DNA from: Nitrospinales bacterium
GTDB taxonomy: Bacteria > Nitrospinota > Nitrospinia > Nitrospinales > VA-1
Reading direction: 5' to 3'
NCBI GenBank assembly: GCA_965223795.1
Contig: CBDCXL010000002.1
Coordinates: 1,472,001-1,536,000, forward strand
DNA: 64,000 nucleotides
The notes beneath the pieces are model-generated. The model was given only the letters and a program-made list of their open reading frames with translations, was not told the DNA's origin and made no database searches. The stretch's first letter is position 1. Each line of letters opens with the position of its first letter. Of the stretch, positions 32,541 through 41,952 are shown in pieces. A program made the position numbers and the translations under genes.

Positions 32541-32785
32541 GGCCTGCTCGTCTATCGTTTGTGGTGCCGGCCACGCACGTCCCGGAAATTTAAAAGAACG
32601 AAAAAGGGGCCGCGCACTGCGCGCGCGCAGCAAGCACCGGACAGGATTGCCGGGAAAAAAGACTCCGCCCGTCCTTATACTAGCTGGCGCGAATTTCTTC
32701 CAAACAAAAGTGGGAGGATGTATGGATTCAAAAAGATAAAGAAAGGAAAGCGGGAGGGGGTCACATCAGCGGATGCACTGATTGG

Positions 32786-32832
32786 ATGGAGCCAGCGGAC
32801 GGAATTGAACCGTCGACCTACTGATTACGAAT
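32786..32832 (-). repeat. att direct repeat: duplicated 3' part of tRNA-Thr
   Basis: 47 bp identical to 44231-44277 (ATGGAGCCAGCGGACGG...CTGATTACGAAT). Confidence 0.97.
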
Positions 32833-32961
32833 GTGAATCCGCAGATTTTTGGAAGATTTTGATTTCAGGCTGGTTTCTCTTTTCTGTTTTATTTTCTAGA
32901 GAGTTTTAGGTGCTCCATAGAATCCATTAGGTCCATAGATTCCGCCCTGGTGGGGAATTTC

Positions 32962-32981
32962 TATCATAGTTTTATCATAGC
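32962..32981 (+). promoter_or_regulatory. Putative integrase arm-type binding site (left)
   Basis: TATCATAGTTTTATCATAGC, 19/20 identical to 44168-44187. Confidence 0.7.
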
Positions 32982-33211
32982 TGAAATCACTTACAGGGTA
33001 TCAGGATATATTACCTTAAATCAGAGTCCAAAATTCCAAGCCAACGATCGCAGGCGAGAGGTGCCTTAAAGACCTTTAAGGTCAAACGTTTTCCGATTTT
33101 GGGAATGATCCAGAACAACCTTATCATTCAGTCAATCAAAGAGACATTTAAATTAAGGAGCCTCCACACTATGGCCTTTTTGAAAAATAACTCACACTTT
33201 TTAGTTAGCCA

Positions 33212-35173
33212 TTAATTTTTAAGAGACTTGTACTTTTCAGTGTATCGCAGAACAGTCCAAACAAAGGCGGAATGACTCCAAGTGAGAGGCGACACACAAA
33301 GAGGTGAACCGTTTACAGGATGTACTTGCTCGGCAAGCACTCCGGAAGGAAGGGCATTTTTCCCACACCATTCAAGATAAGGAAGGGTCGCTTGAAGTTG
33401 CTGCTGACTCTCTGCTTGATCGATATAATATTCCGCCAGCCAAAGTGTTGAGATAAACCATGGATTTCCGGGAATGTCTTTTGGGCTATCCTCCGCACGC
33501 TGATAGACATCACCCTGGTATCTGGCGCAACCTCCAACAGAAGTTTTAAGCCACAACTGCTCGCGCACAGCTGTGGCTGTTTCAATCATTCGCGGATCTT
33601 TAGGGTCCAAAATCCCAAGAGTTGCCAAGCTCAACAGACTGATGTCAATGACTTCATCAAGTTTATAGCCCTTATCCACTCTGGAGCCTGAACGGGCAAA
33701 ACGATTCAGGCCGTCATGGTAAAGGTGCTGGTTGATTCCTCCAGTCATTTCATCGGCCACGGAGTCATATTTCTCAGCCAGGGAAGTGTCTTGAAAAAGA
33801 TTCGCAAAATTCGCAGCGGCTCTGAGACCGGCTATCACGGATGCAACCGTATAGGCGTGCAGTGCATATCGCTCTTCCCAAAGATCATAGGAAGGTAAAG
33901 GCAACAACGTTTGAGGGTCCCGGTAACTGACTAAAAAGTCTGCCGATTTTTTAATCAGCGTGCCGTAGAGGGGCCTGATAAATTCTACGTCATTCAAACT
34001 CTGGTAGTGTATCCAAAGCGCCCAAAGAGTCAAAGCGGTTGAATCTTCCTGGATGGGAAGGACCTCTTTGCCAGCGACCAACCATGAATGCCAATTACTT
34101 GCAAGGGATCCATCCGGATTGTAATGCTGGAATAAATAGCCTTCATCGGATAAAACTCGGGCGCAAAAGTCAAAATATTTCATGCACGCATGCGAGTACC
34201 CGGCTTTAGCTAAAGCGGCGGCGACAAAAGCACCATCCCGCCCCCACATATACGAATAAGTGTCTTTTCCAAAGCGTATAATATCAGAATCATTGGCGGC
34301 AATAATGGCACCGTGGTTGTCAATTTGTGTTCTCAATATAAGCAGACTTCGGCTAAATACGTCGGTCACGGATTTGGGAAGGCATAGAAACTCCCGGGAA
34401 TCGTTATGTACCCAAGTTTTCCAGTATTTCGACGAGCGGTTGAAGAGTTCTTCCGGCGTGGTTTTGTGGACTTCCAGATTTAGCTTTGCGACTTCGGGAT
34501 ATCTCGTGCCCGCCGTTATCCAATAATAAGCGGTCGTTTTCCCCTTGGCGGGCAATTCCAGCCAGATGCCAATGGTGGAATGAGGCGAGCCCCATGCGGA
34601 GGCTTCCCCGCTAAGTTCCCCGTTCTCTGCCTCTTTAACGGTCTCCAAACTTTCCGAAGTCTTTCTATTTCCGCAGGCAAAATGTTTCACCCCCCATTGG
34701 TCGTGTGCCCAACAGCTGATCAGAAAATACCGGTGCATTTTATAATGGATGAGCGAACAACTCCGGGGATCAAAATAAGCCGTGCCTCCAATGTCATTCC
34801 CATAAAGATAGAAGTCATGACTGAAAAAGAGCCGGACTTTACGGGGTTTGTCTTTGAGGTTGGACACCTCGATCTTTTTGAGGTAGATGTTCAAATCCAA
34901 ATCCACCACATCCGAGCATCGGAGCTCCAAGCCCAAAGCCTCATTTTTTAGAACAACATCCGTCACAAGACTATCATTATGATATCTTAAATCTTTTTTC
35001 CATTCCGGTCCCATCCACGAATGTTGTCCATCCGCCCAAACGCCGAAGCGGAAAGGATTTCCGCTTGAATGGTTTTCCTGCCCGATAAATGGGAAATAAA
35101 TGTCTCGGATCTGATAATCCGAATCAAAATTCAAATGAAAGGACCCATTACTTACGGGGATGTCTTTAGGCAT
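33212..35173 (-). CDS. Glycoside hydrolase family 15 (glucoamylase-like)
   Basis: YSYMWGRDG, YDLWEER, GVLAEQ, PLTWSHS. Confidence 0.92.
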   Translation of the reverse strand: MPKDIPVSNGSFHLNFDSDYQIRDIYFPFIGQENHSSGNPFRFGVWADGQHSWMGPEWKKDLRYHNDSLVTDVVLKNEALGLELRCSDVVDLDLNIYLKKIEVSNLKDKPRKVRLFFSHDFYLYGNDIGGTAYFDPRSCSLIHYKMHRYFLISCWAHDQWGVKHFACGNRKTSESLETVKEAENGELSGEASAWGSPHSTIGIWLELPAKGKTTAYYWITAGTRYPEVAKLNLEVHKTTPEELFNRSSKYWKTWVHNDSREFLCLPKSVTDVFSRSLLILRTQIDNHGAIIAANDSDIIRFGKDTYSYMWGRDGAFVAAALAKAGYSHACMKYFDFCARVLSDEGYLFQHYNPDGSLASNWHSWLVAGKEVLPIQEDSTALTLWALWIHYQSLNDVEFIRPLYGTLIKKSADFLVSYRDPQTLLPLPSYDLWEERYALHAYTVASVIAGLRAAANFANLFQDTSLAEKYDSVADEMTGGINQHLYHDGLNRFARSGSRVDKGYKLDEVIDISLLSLATLGILDPKDPRMIETATAVREQLWLKTSVGGCARYQGDVYQRAEDSPKDIPGNPWFISTLWLAEYYIDQAESQQQLQATLPYLEWCGKNALPSGVLAEQVHPVNGSPLCVSPLTWSHSAFVWTVLRYTEKYKSLKN

Positions 35174-36327
35174 AAAGTCTTTTCATCTCCAATCCATTGA
35201 TACAGCTTGGAATATCTTTCCGCCATACTGGCGATTGAGAAATTATCTTTAATGTGTTTACGGCAGTAATTGGGATCGATTAGTTGAATTGCTCTTACGG
35301 CCCTGATCATGTCATTGATTGAATCCACGACGAAGCCCGTTTTCCCATGAATAACGATTTCTGGCACCGATCCATTACGAAAGGCCAACACCGGAGTGCC
35401 GCAGGCCATGGATTCAATCAACACTAGCCCAAACGGTTCGCCCCACTGAATAGGAAAGAGAGTCGCCCGCGCGTGCTGATACCACATCTTTTTCTGAACG
35501 CTATCAACTTCTCCGATATAAATGATCTGCTTGTCTGAATCTAGAATGGGTTTCATGATTCTTTCATAATAATCGCTACCGGCGGAAGGTATTTCAGCAT
35601 CAACCACAAGGTCGAATGATTTATTTAATTGCCTGAAAAATGCCCGGTCTTTTGCCTTATTCTGGACATTGCCGGCAAGGATCAGCCTGGAACCAGATTT
35701 TTTCGCAATCTCAATGGCCTTGTCCTGTCCTTTATCTTGGGTGATTCTGCCGATCGAGAATAAATAGTCTTGTTTGCCGGTATTGCTTTTGAATGGATAG
35801 TCTTCCACATCAATGCCGTGATGAATGACTTTCTGCGCGTTGACTAACCCTTGATGCTGCTTTCTCTGGAATTCACTTATTGGGACAAAATATGCGCTGG
35901 AAGAAGAATCGAGCGTTTTATTCCAACGCGAGAATCCTTCATGGTCTTCTGCAGGAACATGGAGCGTCATCACTATGGGAACGGGACTTTTGCAAACTCC
36001 ATTAAAAATATATTCAGTCATGTCGGCATCGTGCATGTGAATGACATCAATGTCACCCTTTTGTGCTCTTTCAAGTGACATGACAATATGTTTGCGCATA
36101 TATTCCTGCTTCACGCGTGTGTCCGTCGTGCAGTACTCACTGAAACTATTTTCAATCGTCGTGAACTGTTCTCCAACAACACGGGAATCCCCTGAACAGG
36201 CAACAATCGAACGGTGACCTAATTTATGCAGCCCCTTATCGATGTTGTAAATAACCGTTTCGATAGGACCGTAACCCAAATCCTGCCTGATGGGCCGGTT
36301 TAGGGTTGCTATATGGAGCACATTCAT
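35152..36327 (-). CDS. Glycosyltransferase family 4
   Basis: GYGPIE, EPFGLVLIESMACGTPV; AGGAG RBS. Confidence 0.9.
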   Translation of the reverse strand: MNVLHIATLNRPIRQDLGYGPIETVIYNIDKGLHKLGHRSIVACSGDSRVVGEQFTTIENSFSEYCTTDTRVKQEYMRKHIVMSLERAQKGDIDVIHMHDADMTEYIFNGVCKSPVPIVMTLHVPAEDHEGFSRWNKTLDSSSSAYFVPISEFQRKQHQGLVNAQKVIHHGIDVEDYPFKSNTGKQDYLFSIGRITQDKGQDKAIEIAKKSGSRLILAGNVQNKAKDRAFFRQLNKSFDLVVDAEIPSAGSDYYERIMKPILDSDKQIIYIGEVDSVQKKMWYQHARATLFPIQWGEPFGLVLIESMACGTPVLAFRNGSVPEIVIHGKTGFVVDSINDMIRAVRAIQLIDPNYCRKHIKDNFSIASMAERYSKLYQWIGDEKTLCLKTSP

Positions 36328-36350
36328 CTTTTCTCCTTTTTATAAAAAGA

Positions 36351-36380
36351 AAAAGGGCTCGGCCATTTGGCCGAGCCCTT
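36351..36380 (-). terminator. Terminator downstream of the cold-shock gene
   Basis: AAGGGCTCGGCCA-ttt-GGCCGAGCCCTT hairpin followed by a U-tract on the minus strand. Confidence 0.75.
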
Positions 36381-36448
36381 ACACATAAATATGGGGCGGA
36401 GGAGACTCCGGCAGAGCCAAATTTCTGCCGGATGATGCCCGGAGGTTC

Positions 36449-36649
36449 TTATTTGGATGCCACCTTGGTGGCCTGTGGTCCTTTTGGGCCCTCACCTTCC
36501 TCGAACTCGACCGACTGACCTTCTGCAAGTGTCTTAAAACCGTCCCCTTGAATTTCGGAGTAATGAACAAAGAAATCTTTACCGCTCTCGGATTCAATGA
36601 ATCCATAACCCTTGCCTTCGTTAAACCATTTTACCGTTCCTGTTGACAT
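36449..36649 (-). CDS. Cold-shock protein (CspA family)
   Basis: [26 protein letters not shown]. Confidence 0.97.
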   Translation of the reverse strand: MSTGTVKWFNEGKGYGFIESESGKDFFVHYSEIQGDGFKTLAEGQSVEFEEGEGPKGPQATKVASK

Positions 36650-37119
36650 AATATTTATTCTCCTGCAATTGATTGGGAATGCACTTCCAGAAAATCCGGA
36701 TAATGTTTACCCTGTTCTAAAATTGGGTTGGATGGAGGCAGGAACTTTTAGAGAACCACTTCGAGGAAAACAAAGCTTCCCTTGGTCTGCTAGGCCAAAT
36801 GGTATTTACAGCTCTTCTCTAGGCGAGAAACTAGAAGGAATCAACTACACTGCAACTGAGCAACCCTTCTTTACTTAATCAGCATAGCATGGATACTGGA
36901 AATGCCCTAATTTTATATCAAAAATGGGAAATTGAAACGAGCAAATTCAACCGAATTCACTGTCTTTCTCTACCAATGGCTGACTTATGGAGAACATTAA
37001 AAATAAATAATATAACTCTCCTTGTTATCTTGACTGAGAAGCGTACCCTGAAATTACCTTCCTATTGGTAACTCTCTCAGTGGAAGACTTCAAAAAATCG
37101 TAAAGGACATTATATTTCT

Positions 37120-37148
37120 GCCACTCCTTTTTGGAGTGGCTTTTTTTT
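37120..37148 (+). terminator. Terminator-like hairpin in the leader of a small-ORF cluster
   Basis: GCCACTCC-ttttt-GGAGTGGC followed by a T run. Confidence 0.65.
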
Positions 37149-37193
37149 CGCCCGTTAATTCAGGGAATAAACATGTTAATGCGAGGTGATTTT

Positions 37194-37358
37194 ATGAATG
37201 AAGTTAAGGTGTACGACAGTTCCGGAATTTTAAAAAAAGTGATCTCGGTAGAAAAATTGAACATCCGGTCGCTAAAGCAATTGGAGACACCTGCTAATTT
37301 CAGGAGAAAAAAAGGAAAAGGAAAGTCATGGTTAAAATCCATTAGCAGTCAAAAATAG
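37194..37358 (+). CDS. Small basic hypothetical protein (54 aa)
   Basis: GAGGTG RBS; MNEVKVYDSSGILKKVISVEKL... Confidence 0.6.
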   Translation: MNEVKVYDSSGILKKVISVEKLNIRSLKQLETPANFRRKKGKGKSWLKSISSQK

Positions 37359-37393
37359 CCTGGAACATCATGCTCTTATAATTTGGAGGTCGT

Positions 37394-37586
37394 TTTATTC
37401 AAGCAATCGTTTGTCAAAATCAGGTCGATCAAGCGTTGAAAGTTTTTTAAACACCAACTCAATAAGGAAGATTTATTTAAAGAACTTAAACGCAGGCGCT
37501 TATTTATGAAATCTCACATCAAGAAAAAACAAAAGATTAAAAAAGCAAAACAGGCTATGTGGTGTGCAAGGTCTTCCCGGCATTAA
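37394..37586 (+). pseudogene. rpsU: 30S ribosomal protein S21 homologue, frameshifted
   Basis: GGAGGT RBS; IQAIVCQNQVDQALKVF* then, after removing one T from the T6 run at 37443-37448, KHQLNKEDLFKELKRRRLFMKSHIKKKQK...; the expected start codon reads TTT. Confidence 0.75.
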
Positions 37587-37661
37587 TGCAAATAGAATAA
37601 TCGGTGGAATCATTCTGGGCAGGTCGCAGTTCCACACCTTAAACTAGTATCGGAGAAAACG

Positions 37662-37973
37662 ATGACCCTAAATCGCAATATAAAATTTTTGATGATTCTT
37701 TTAATAGGTGTTTTATTATTTAATGGGTTAAATCCATTGATTCAGCCTCCTGACGTGGATGCAAAGGAAGTTACCGCAATCTCTGGAGACAATAATGATT
37801 CCGACTGTTCTTTGGCCATGAAAAACTCGATCAAAAGTCTTGACGAAGTAAACAATGTGAAAAGATTGTTGGGCTACATCGAATCCTCGGTCAATGACAT
37901 CCAATTAACCGTTAAGGGGATTGACCGGAAAATGAATGCGCTGCCTTCCTTTAAGTCAACGAAAAATAGTTGA
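37662..37973 (+). CDS. Hypothetical exported/membrane-anchored protein with a C-terminal coiled coil
   Basis: GGAG RBS, N-terminal hydrophobic segment, 103 aa. Confidence 0.6.
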   Translation: MTLNRNIKFLMILLIGVLLFNGLNPLIQPPDVDAKEVTAISGDNNDSDCSLAMKNSIKSLDEVNNVKRLLGYIESSVNDIQLTVKGIDRKMNALPSFKSTKNS

Positions 37974-38036
37974 TACCATCCTTCCGCAAGTGGAGGTTAT
38001 TTTGCGCGAAGGAGAACTATTCTCAAAGAGGGCAAG

Positions 38037-38207
38037 ATGGAATTTCAGGCTTTTTATATCCTGGTCACTTCAATGATTCTTAATTTTATTGTATTAGGAA
38101 TTTCCCTGAACCGGCCAAACTCCTTTTTCCCTGTCAGCCTTTCAGCTATTTCGATTTCTCTGCAAGGATACGCATTGCGGCTGATCGCCATCAACTCGAT
38201 AGTCTGA
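38037..38207 (+). CDS. Possible 56-aa membrane protein
   Basis: Manual translation MEFQAFYILVTSMILNFIVLGISLNRPNSFFPVSLSAISISLQGYALRLIAINSIV; AGAGGG upstream. Confidence 0.35.
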   Translation: MEFQAFYILVTSMILNFIVLGISLNRPNSFFPVSLSAISISLQGYALRLIAINSIV

Positions 38208-38468
38208 AGAATTATTGAGCACAAGTCATTAATTGAATGGACCAGAGGGTGTTTTTTCTAATATGAAATAAATCATGTTTAAGAGAAATATATGCTAATT
38301 AATAAACCCCTTCAGTCATGAATAGCATCTTACTATTATTGAATTTAATTTTAAAAAAAATCGACTTATGTGAGGAAACCGGCATGAGCTTAATTCAATA
38401 AAGATACTCATGGACCCAGCATGCTAGTCATGCTGTTTAGATATGGTATATGTTCAGGAGATATTATT

Positions 38469-38603
38469 ATGGATGCAACTATGTTAATGGCAGGCCTAAC
38501 AGGAATTACCGTGATGGGCATTCTTGTTATTACTCTAATAGATTGCTGGCCCAATCCAATAGGACTTCTAAAATTGGCGTGGGTCAAATATCAAAATAAC
38601 TGA
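38469..38603 (+). CDS. Small single-TM protein (44 aa)
   Basis: AGGAG RBS; hydrophobic stretch; followed by a hairpin. Confidence 0.5.
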   Translation: MDATMLMAGLTGITVMGILVITLIDCWPNPIGLLKLAWVKYQNN

Positions 38604-38714
38604 TCTCCCTCCCACTTAGTTGATGAATTTTGCCTGTAGAGTTGAAGAAGACATTTTTTCTTCTCCGCCTTTACAGGCAATCAACTACCAACCTTTATAT
38701 GGAGGGTATTAAAA

Positions 38715-38942
38715 ATGACCGAATCCACAAAAACAGAGAAAGAGGTTTTGCAAGAATTAATTGACAATTTCACCCAGCTAGCGGAGGAGGCTGAAAAACG
38801 CAGAAAAACTGCTGGCACAAAATTTGAGTATTATAAATTAGAGTTTGCTGATGGAGAAAAACATGCCTATGAAGATGCCGTGAAAAAATTAAAAGCGGTC
38901 TTGAATAATGGTCCGCAGGCCACCAAGGTGGTATCCCAATAA
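38715..38942 (+). CDS. Hypothetical helical protein (75 aa) ending in a Csp-derived tail
   Basis: GGAGG RBS; C-terminus GPQATKVVSQ matches the Csp C-terminus [10 protein letters not shown]. Confidence 0.7.
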   Translation: MTESTKTEKEVLQELIDNFTQLAEEAEKRRKTAGTKFEYYKLEFADGEKHAYEDAVKKLKAVLNNGPQATKVVSQ

Positions 38943-39042
38943 GAATCTCCGGATATCCTCCGGCAGAACTTTAAATCTGCCGGATTCTTCTTAGTTTCAT
39001 ATTTGTGCAAAAGAGCCAGGCCAATTGGCAATGTTCTTTTTC
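38910..39042 (+). repeat. Diverged inverted copy of the csp 3' end and 3' UTR (36349-36481)
   Basis: Ungapped 133-bp manual alignment with 32 mismatches by my count. Confidence 0.9.
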
Positions 39043-39233
39043 CATTTAGCGGATATCCTCCGGGGTAACAAACAAATCTTTTTTTCGCAGGCGTCTTATG
39101 CGGCAATCGACGCAGAATTTTAGGATGTTTACTTGGATCCGTATAAACACAGCTTGCGCCAACCAGACAAACCCCCTTAAACAATCTATAAACCTTCCTC
39201 CCCTAAAAAGCGTCTCAACAATGCCACCGGATA

Positions 39234-40613
39234 ATGAAACATTTTTCAGAAGCAGAAAATATGAATGAAGATAAGCCGGTAAATATAAAACATCCTCGAC
39301 TCCCCCCGGAATTCGTAGATTGGCTGACCAATCCGTTGACACGATTCTTGCGCATTGAGGTCGCTTCCGGTTCCGTTCTTCTGCTTTTTACCATTGCAGC
39401 GTTGGTTCTATCAAACTTACCCTGGGGCCATCATTTTCTTGAAGCCTGGGAAACACCTGTGGGCATTCAGTTCGGCTCGTTGGAATTCACCCGTTCGATA
39501 CGGGAATGGATCAACGATGCTTTAATGACCTTGTTTTTTTTCCTTGTCGCCCTGGAACTTAAGCGGGAACTGGTACTGGGTGAACTACGCAACCCACGTA
39601 TGGCTGCGCTGTCCATCATGGCTGCCTTGGGTGGAATGCTCGTGCCTGCCGTCTTTTACCTGATACTACAATCAGGTCAACCAGGCCAAAATGGTTGGGG
39701 AACAGTGATGGCGACCGACACCGCTTTTGTTATCGGTTGTCTGGCGCTGTTGGGCTCGCGCATCCCTCAAAGTCTGCGCGTATTTATGCTTTCGTTGGCA
39801 ATTGTTGACGATATGGGTGCCATTCTTGTTGTAGCCCTTGGCTACGGTAGTCATATCAGTTGGGAGGCGCTTGCTCTGGCCGTAGTTGGTTTCGCCATAG
39901 TACGCGGAATGGCACTTCTCGGCGTTCGCAGCATTGCGATTTATTTTCTCGTGGGTGGTCTCATCTGGCTTGCTATGGATGCGTCCGGAATCCACCCGAC
40001 CGTTACCGGCGTTATTCTTGGCTTGATGACACCCACCGGAAGATGGGTTAGCGACAGACGCTTGCATGCCATCTTAGATCGAGTGGTTGCGTATCCACCC
40101 GGTAACCACTGGAGTGGTGATTCAGAGGATCGCAAGGCATTGCGAATGGCGGAGGTTGCGGCGCGTGAAACGCTGTCTCCAGTGGAACAGCTGGAGTTGA
40201 TGCTGCACCCGTGGGTCGCTTTTGCCATCATGCCGCTCTTTGCATTTGCAAATGCTGGTGTGTCAATATCTTTCGCCGATTTTGGAAGCTCCATCACAGT
40301 TGCTATGTTTGTGGGATTCGTGCTTGGCAAACCAATTGGTGTCCTGAGCTTTAGTTGGCTGGCAGTGCGCACGGGCATTGCGGTTTTCCCTCCGGATCTC
40401 AATTGGAGGTTACTGGCTGGCGGTGGTCTGCTCGCGGGTATCGGCTTTACCATGGCACTGTTTATTGCCAGCCTGGCTTTCAGCCCCAGCCTAATCAACA
40501 CCGCCAAATTGGGCATCTTGTTAGCATCGGTTTTTTCCGCAGTGGCTGGTGTTGTGCTGTTGAGCGTATGGTCTCATAGTGGAAAATATCCTAAAACCTC
40601 AAACGGATCGTAA
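39234..40613 (+). CDS. nhaA: Na+/H+ antiporter NhaA
   Basis: WINDALM...LELKRE, ATDTAF, LAIVDD, GIGFTMALFI; start may be 39261. Confidence 0.95.
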   Translation: MKHFSEAENMNEDKPVNIKHPRLPPEFVDWLTNPLTRFLRIEVASGSVLLLFTIAALVLSNLPWGHHFLEAWETPVGIQFGSLEFTRSIREWINDALMTLFFFLVALELKRELVLGELRNPRMAALSIMAALGGMLVPAVFYLILQSGQPGQNGWGTVMATDTAFVIGCLALLGSRIPQSLRVFMLSLAIVDDMGAILVVALGYGSHISWEALALAVVGFAIVRGMALLGVRSIAIYFLVGGLIWLAMDASGIHPTVTGVILGLMTPTGRWVSDRRLHAILDRVVAYPPGNHWSGDSEDRKALRMAEVAARETLSPVEQLELMLHPWVAFAIMPLFAFANAGVSISFADFGSSITVAMFVGFVLGKPIGVLSFSWLAVRTGIAVFPPDLNWRLLAGGGLLAGIGFTMALFIASLAFSPSLINTAKLGILLASVFSAVAGVVLLSVWSHSGKYPKTSNGS

Positions 40614-40794
40614 GAGGCATACGCTATTCTCTTGCATCCGGTGACCTTCTTCCTTAAATCTTTACTCTTACAGGTTTAGTTTCTCGGCTGGATTACGTAT
40701 CTAACCTGGGAGAGAGGATTGTTGTTGGCTACATTTTGTCTACACTCCACGGAAAAAAGGCTACGGAAAAACCCGTAATCCTTTTTAAGTAAAA

Positions 40795-40827
40795 GTGGAA
40801 CTGAGGGGGACCGAATCCGTGACTTCT
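40795..40827 (-). other. Degenerate tRNA 3'-end fragment (tRNA-Ala-like), relic att site
   Basis: Minus strand AGAAGTCACGGATTCGGTCCCCCTCAGTTCCAC resembles a T-arm plus acceptor strand. Confidence 0.55.
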
Positions 40828-40967
40828 CGAATTAATTTAATTATTGTCTTTTAGCTAAGTGGTTTTTAAAATAATTGGAAGAAATAGATCATAAAATTCG
40901 GTCCACAAATATTAAAATATTCCTCTTTGAATTGCAATAATTCAACATTAAGTTTCATCAAAACAAG

Positions 40968-41762
40968 ATGACCAACCAAACACTCCATTTGCAAAACAAA
41001 ATTAAAAATGAATTAATTCCATTTTTTATTGAATATTTGAAAATCATTGATTTGTTTGGGTTGTCAAATACGGATTCCTTTGTATTCAACTCGGAATTAT
41101 TTAAATCCATTGAAAAGTTGAATTTCCCGGATTGGAATCAATATTACCCAATTAATAATGATTTTAAGAATTCTCCTCTTTCCTCGATTAATAATTTGGA
41201 GATGGAATTTCCTATAGATTTTGAAGATGAAGAAAAATTTTTAAACGAATCTCCAATAGTTCGTGAAATTAGAAAATTAAGCAGTAAAGAGCAATTAGAA
41301 GAATACAAATGGTATTTTAATAAAAAACAAACTGACCTTCTGCTAGCTTGTTATGCTTGGATGAATTTCTCCTTTTGTGCCGCTCTATTTGGAAAATCTC
41401 CTTTCGCACTTTTTGAAAGTGCCCAAAACGGAGACCAGGATGCCATTTTAAAATTGATTCAACTGGATAAATCCCTGATTGATTCCGATTGGTCTATGAG
41501 GGAGATAAAAAAGGCCCAACTATCTGGGGATATGGATTATTTTAAAAAGCTATCCAAGGCAATAACTAAGGATTCTTTTAAAGCCAAGAAGAGAAATTTA
41601 AAGTTGACCCTGGTATTAGTTTTTGGCTGGGAATTGGGTTTGAATAAGTTGTCTAATGAGGAAATTCTTGATGTTGTTCAAGATCTAAATATATACACAA
41701 GTAATGATTCGGATTCCCTATATCGTGAGATCAAAAGATTAGGATTAAGGAAAAGGAAATAA
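40968..41762 (+). CDS. Hypothetical island protein, possible C-terminal HTH
   Basis: 264-aa AT-rich ORF at the head of the mobility module. Confidence 0.7.
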   Translation: MTNQTLHLQNKIKNELIPFFIEYLKIIDLFGLSNTDSFVFNSELFKSIEKLNFPDWNQYYPINNDFKNSPLSSINNLEMEFPIDFEDEEKFLNESPIVREIRKLSSKEQLEEYKWYFNKKQTDLLLACYAWMNFSFCAALFGKSPFALFESAQNGDQDAILKLIQLDKSLIDSDWSMREIKKAQLSGDMDYFKKLSKAITKDSFKAKKRNLKLTLVLVFGWELGLNKLSNEEILDVVQDLNIYTSNDSDSLYREIKRLGLRKRK

Positions 41763-41848
41763 AGTCCAATTAAAAAACTTAATTCCTCAAAGGGACACGA
41801 TTTCTAAAATTTGTGTCCTAATAATTTTGATACGTTCAATTCATAATG

Positions 41849-41877
41849 AGGCCATTGGTAATGTTTACCAATGGCCT
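41849..41877 (+). other. Perfect 13-bp inverted repeat (terminator or origin hairpin)
   Basis: AGGCCATTGGTAA-tgt-TTACCAATGGCCT followed by Ts, upstream of the rep-like gene. Confidence 0.7.
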
Positions 41878-41952
41878 TTTTATTTTGGCCCGTATTAACT
41901 AAGACTAGACCATAAGGGTATTTACCCATAAAGTCGTACAAAAAAACGGAAA

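Noticed and set aside
32786..32832. Second tRNA-Thr gene
   Set aside because: Only the 3' part is present; the D-arm and 5' acceptor strand are missing, so it is an att repeat
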